A DNA stretch of 64,000 nt. Source: an uncultured Solirubrobacteraceae bacterium. Lineage in GTDB: Bacteria > Actinomycetota > Thermoleophilia > Solirubrobacterales > Solirubrobacteraceae. The notes beneath the pieces were generated by a model that saw nothing but the letters and a program-made list of their open reading frames with translations, made no database searches and was not told the origin of the DNA. Position numbers and translations under genes: made by a program. This document shows positions 60,552 to 64,000 of this stretch, piece after piece (the stretch's first letter is position 1; each line of letters starts with the position of its first letter). The stretch spans positions 160,001 to 224,000 of the forward strand of contig CAZPQW010000001.1 in NCBI GenBank assembly GCA_964588985.1. Reading direction: 5' to 3'.

Positions 60552-62245
60552 CAGTATTTCCTCTCCTCGGGCTGCCACTGGGTGATCGTGACCGGCGAGT
60601 AGCTCACCTCTGGGCCGTCTTGCCCCAAGGTGATGTCGATGTGCTTGAGCCACTCCTCGTCGTTGCGCTCCGGGTAGTCGGTGCGGAACTGCGCGCCGCG
60701 CGACTCCTTGCGCTCGATCGCCGCGACCACCGTGGCCTCGGCGCAGTCGACCATGTAGCCAAGCTCGATCGCTCCGAGCACGTCCTGGTTGAAGACCGTC
60801 CCGCGGTCGTCGATCCAGGCGCTCTGAGCCTCCTCTTTGAGGCGGCCGATCGTCTCGAGCGCGCCCTGCAGCCCGGCCTCGTCGCGGAACACGGCGGCGT
60901 GTTTGTTCATCAGCTCGCCCAGCTCGTTCTTGATCTCCGACACTCGCCTGCCGTCGTGGGAGCGGGCGATGATCGAGTCGATCCGGCCCGCGTCCTCGCG
61001 CAGCTGCGGGCGCGTGTCCACGTCGGGCATGCCCATCGACGCGGCCCGGTCGGCGGCGTGTTCGCCCGCGCGGCGGCCGAAGATGAGTGTGTCGAGCAGC
61101 GAGTTCGCGCCGAGGCGGTTGCCGCCGTGCACCGACACGCACGCGACCTCGCCCGCCGCATACAGGCCCTCGATCGGCGTGCGCCCGTCGACGTCTGTCT
61201 TGACGCCGCCCATGATGTAGTGCTGGCCGGGGCGGATCATGATCGGTTCGCGGGTGATGTCCACGCCGGCGAAGTCGCGCCCGAGGTTGACGATCTCGCG
61301 AAGCGCCTCCAGCGTGCGCTTGCGCGGCACGACCGTCACGTCGAGGTAGATGCCCTCGCCGTTGGGGCCCACGCCGCGGCCCTCGTTGATCTCGATCTGC
61401 TCCGCGCGCGAGACCACGTCGCGGGAGGCGAGCTCCATCTTGTTGGGAGCGGATTTCTCCATGAACCGTTCGCCGTTGGCGTTCAGCAGGTGCGCGCCCT
61501 CGCCGCGCGCGCCCTCCGTGATGAGGATGCCCGTCTCCACGAGGCACGTGGGGTGGTACTGGACCATCTCCATGTCCATCAGCGGCGCGCCCGCGCGGTA
61601 TGCCATCGCGATTCCGTCGCCGGTCACGATCAGGCCGTTCGTCGTCGGCTTGTAAGCCTGGCCGGCGCCGCCACACGCGAGGATCACGTTCTTCGCGGTG
61701 AAAGCCTCCATGCGCCCGGTGCGGATGTCGCGCGCGAGCACCCCGCAGCAGCGGCCGGACTCGTCCTTGAGCAGCGAGGTCGTGAACCACTCCTCATACC
61801 GTTCCACGGTCTCGTGGTGCTTCATCAGCTGCTCGTAGAGCACGTGCAGGAGGGCCTGCCCGGTGATGTCGGCCACGTAGGCGGTGCGCTTCATCGAAGC
61901 GCCGCCAAACGCGCGCAGGTCCATCTCGCCCTTGTCGTTGCGGTGGAACGTCACGCCCATGTGCTCCAGGTCCATGACCTCCTTGGGCGCCTCCGAGCAC
62001 ATGATCTCGATCGCGTCCTGGTCGCCGAGGAAGTCCGAGCCCTTGACCGTGTCGTACGCGTGCGAGCGCCAGTCATCGTCGACGCTGATCGCCGCGTTGA
62101 TGCCGCCCGCGGCCGCCACCGAGTGGGAGCGCACCGGGTGGACCTTGCTCATGATCGCCACGCTCGCGCCCTTCTGAGCAGCGGCGAGCGCCGCGCGCTG
62201 TCCCGCGAGACCGGCCCCGATGATCAATACGTCGTTTGCTGGCAT
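60551..62245 (-). CDS. sdhA: Succinate dehydrogenase/fumarate reductase flavoprotein
   Basis: IIGAGLAG, RSHSVAAAGG, QYHPT, TEGARGEG, HYIMGG, HGGNRLGANSL, ESRGA. Confidence 0.95.
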   Translation of the reverse strand: MPANDVLIIGAGLAGQRAALAAAQKGASVAIMSKVHPVRSHSVAAAGGINAAISVDDDWRSHAYDTVKGSDFLGDQDAIEIMCSEAPKEVMDLEHMGVTFHRNDKGEMDLRAFGGASMKRTAYVADITGQALLHVLYEQLMKHHETVERYEEWFTTSLLKDESGRCCGVLARDIRTGRMEAFTAKNVILACGGAGQAYKPTTNGLIVTGDGIAMAYRAGAPLMDMEMVQYHPTCLVETGILITEGARGEGAHLLNANGERFMEKSAPNKMELASRDVVSRAEQIEINEGRGVGPNGEGIYLDVTVVPRKRTLEALREIVNLGRDFAGVDITREPIMIRPGQHYIMGGVKTDVDGRTPIEGLYAAGEVACVSVHGGNRLGANSLLDTLIFGRRAGEHAADRAASMGMPDVDTRPQLREDAGRIDSIIARSHDGRRVSEIKNELGELMNKHAAVFRDEAGLQGALETIGRLKEEAQSAWIDDRGTVFNQDVLGAIELGYMVDCAEATVVAAIERKESRGAQFRTDYPERNDEEWLKHIDITLGQDGPEVSYSPVTITQWQPEERKY

Positions 62246-62384
62246 GGCTCCCTGAGGTTGATTGGGCTAAGGGGTTGCGGGCGGGACTCTATAACGCGGG
62301 GGCGTTTGGGCTCTGAGTGGCGGTGGGGTGGGGAGCTGGGTTGCGCGGATGACGTGGGCTACTCGACATCCCGCGGCCAGCCAT

Positions 62385-62513
62385 CAGGCGCGCTGGGCGT
62401 CAGGACGGTCCTGCTCGCCCTCGCCGCAGCCATCCCCCTCAACCACCAGCTCAGCCGCCCAAGCAGAGCACTCGTCAACTACTGCGCCTGACTCCCGTGG
62501 AATCGATCATCTA
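62385..62513 (+). mobile_element. Remnant 3' end of an IS982-like transposase plus putative right terminal repeat
   Basis: Frame ends ...LLALAAAIPLNHQLSRPSRALVNYCA* (stop 62489-62491), resembling actinobacterial IS982-type C-termini from memory. Followed by TGGAATCGATCATCTA. Confidence 0.5.
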
Positions 62514-63137
62514 AGCGCGACGGCTTGAGGCCGCCCGGAGCGCCGTCACCTTGCCGACTCGCTCGACGACAGCTAGCTCACCTGCATCAATCAGCTCGCC
62601 GATGAGACGATGGGGGCCAGCGGACTTGTCGGTGGAATCGTCGAAGGCGACCGCGGCGCCCGCGACCAGGTGAGGGTTCCATGCATCCCAGTCGCGCCGA
62701 ACCCCCTCGTAGCTGTGGTCACCGTCGATCCACAGGAGTCGCACCGGCATTTGCCAGCCGGGGGTGATCACCTCGCTTGAGAGATTAACCAATCGCACGC
62801 GCTCGTATGCTCTCGAGCTCAGCATGGTCCTAAAGAAGGCGGCTCGGTCTGCCGGGCCGAAGACGCCTCCGAAGACGCCCTTGAACGGCTCGTGGGGCTC
62901 GATAGCGAAAACTGGACTTGAGCCGGCGCCCTGGGCGAGGGCTACTGTCGAGCGTCCGCGGTAGCTGCCGACCTCAACGATGCATCCTGCCGGGTCGTCC
63001 TTCTTGGCGAGACGCAACAGCAGATCGGCCTCATCCAATGAGATCATCCCTGGCGCGCGGTCCACGGCGCGAAGAGCTGGAGGTACGCGACGCCACCTGG
63101 AAGTCAGGACGGTTCTAGCTGTTTGAACCACAGGCAA
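62511..63137 (-). CDS. Class I SAM-dependent methyltransferase (Methyltransf_24-like)
   Basis: VEVGSYRGRST, LWIDGDHSYEGV, AFDD. Confidence 0.88.
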   Translation of the reverse strand: MPVVQTARTVLTSRWRRVPPALRAVDRAPGMISLDEADLLLRLAKKDDPAGCIVEVGSYRGRSTVALAQGAGSSPVFAIEPHEPFKGVFGGVFGPADRAAFFRTMLSSRAYERVRLVNLSSEVITPGWQMPVRLLWIDGDHSYEGVRRDWDAWNPHLVAGAAVAFDDSTDKSAGPHRLIGELIDAGELAVVERVGKVTALRAASSRRA

Positions 63138-63188
63138 AGCATAGTGATCCCTGCATGTGTTCGGGCAGGCAGAACTGCGAGACGTGCC

Positions 63189-63998
63189 TCAACCGACCAT
63201 GCCGGCCCGTCCCACCGGCCGCAGCGCCTGCCGAACTTGAGCCAGCGTGACGACCCCCTGCAGCACACCATCGGCGTCTACAGCCACCATCGCGCCGAGC
63301 CGGGCTATGCCCTCGGCGCGCAGCAGCGATTCGAGCGGCATCTGTTCTCCGATGCGCACGGGCATGTCCTCCTCGAGGACGTCGGTGACCGGCAATGCCG
63401 GCCTGCCGGCGGCGATCTCGCTCTCGACGCGCTGCTGGCGCACGACGCCGAGGAAGTGGCGCGCGGGGTCGACGACAGCGAACCACGGCCAGCGGTAGCG
63501 AAGGAAGAACTGCTCCTGGGCGTCGAGCAGCGTGAGGTCCGCCGAGATCGTCACGGGCTCGCGGTCCATGATGTCCGCGACGGTGATGTGCTGGATGCGC
63601 CGGCCGAGCGCGCCCTGCACGACCGCCGCGCCCGCGGATTGGTAGATGATGAAGGCGAGCATCAGTGTCATCAGGGCGAGGAACGAGTCGCTGCTGGTGA
63701 GCGTCCACAGGCCGAGCGCGCCGAGCGCGAGCGCGAACGCCTGTCCCGAGCGTCCCGTGGCGAGCGTCGCGCGGTTGCGGTCGCCGGTGAAGCGCCACAC
63801 GGCGGCGCGCGCGATTCGTCCGCCGTCGAGCGGGAACGCGGGCACGATGTTGAAGATGAACAGCGCGGCGTTGATGAAGCCGAGCCAGCCGACGAGCGCG
63901 AGCGCCGGCGTGGCGATCACGGCTTCGTTGGTGAGCGATGCGACGTGGGTGAAGCTCCCACTGCTCGCCAGAAGCGTGCCGACTCCCAGGCATAGGCC
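63189..63998 (-). CDS. Site-2 protease (M50) with CBS domains, 5' truncated by window
   Basis: FNIVPAFPLDGGR; C-terminal CBS pair; frame open to the window end. Confidence 0.9.
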   Translation of the reverse strand, partial: GLCLGVGTLLASSGSFTHVASLTNEAVIATPALALVGWLGFINAALFIFNIVPAFPLDGGRIARAAVWRFTGDRNRATLATGRSGQAFALALGALGLWTLTSSDSFLALMTLMLAFIIYQSAGAAVVQGALGRRIQHITVADIMDREPVTISADLTLLDAQEQFFLRYRWPWFAVVDPARHFLGVVRQQRVESEIAAGRPALPVTDVLEEDMPVRIGEQMPLESLLRAEGIARLGAMVAVDADGVLQGVVTLAQVRQALRPVGRAGMVG

Positions 63999-64000
63999 GA

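Overview
High-GC actinobacterial DNA. The secreted-protein style and leaderless genes suggest Thermoleophilia/Solirubrobacterales (inference). About 57 kb form one contiguous accessory envelope/secondary-metabolite locus. From left to right: (1) a split NRPS with A-domain codes read by eye as Thr, Asp and Gly, a degenerate interface-like C domain, a Cys-type TE, an Sfp PPTase and a TauD/SyrP-like hydroxylase, interleaved with two paralogous secreted LVIVD proteins; (2) a tandem pair of uncharacterised secreted proteins and a lasso-type nucleotidyltransferase; (3) a large polysaccharide cluster with GT2/GT4/GT26, two O-antigen ligase/Wzy proteins, Wzc, an ABC flippase, sulfotransferases, FkbM, GH79, DUF115 and an HpcH-aldolase/cytidylyltransferase sugar-acid pathway; (4) two atypical LuxR regulators; (5) a complete lasso peptide cluster. 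Its 50-aa precursor (45397-45549, minus strand) is missing from the ORF track, and it comes with a cyclase, RRE, B2 protease, two HPr-kinase-like enzymes and an ABC-2 exporter. More glycan genes follow, then a CCG-anchored (type E) sdhAB operon, an IS remnant, a methyltransferase and a partial site-2 protease. The best candidate for an undescribed system is this lasso peptide pathway nested within, and possibly coupled to, surface-glycan synthesis. No rRNA, tRNA or CRISPR array was seen.
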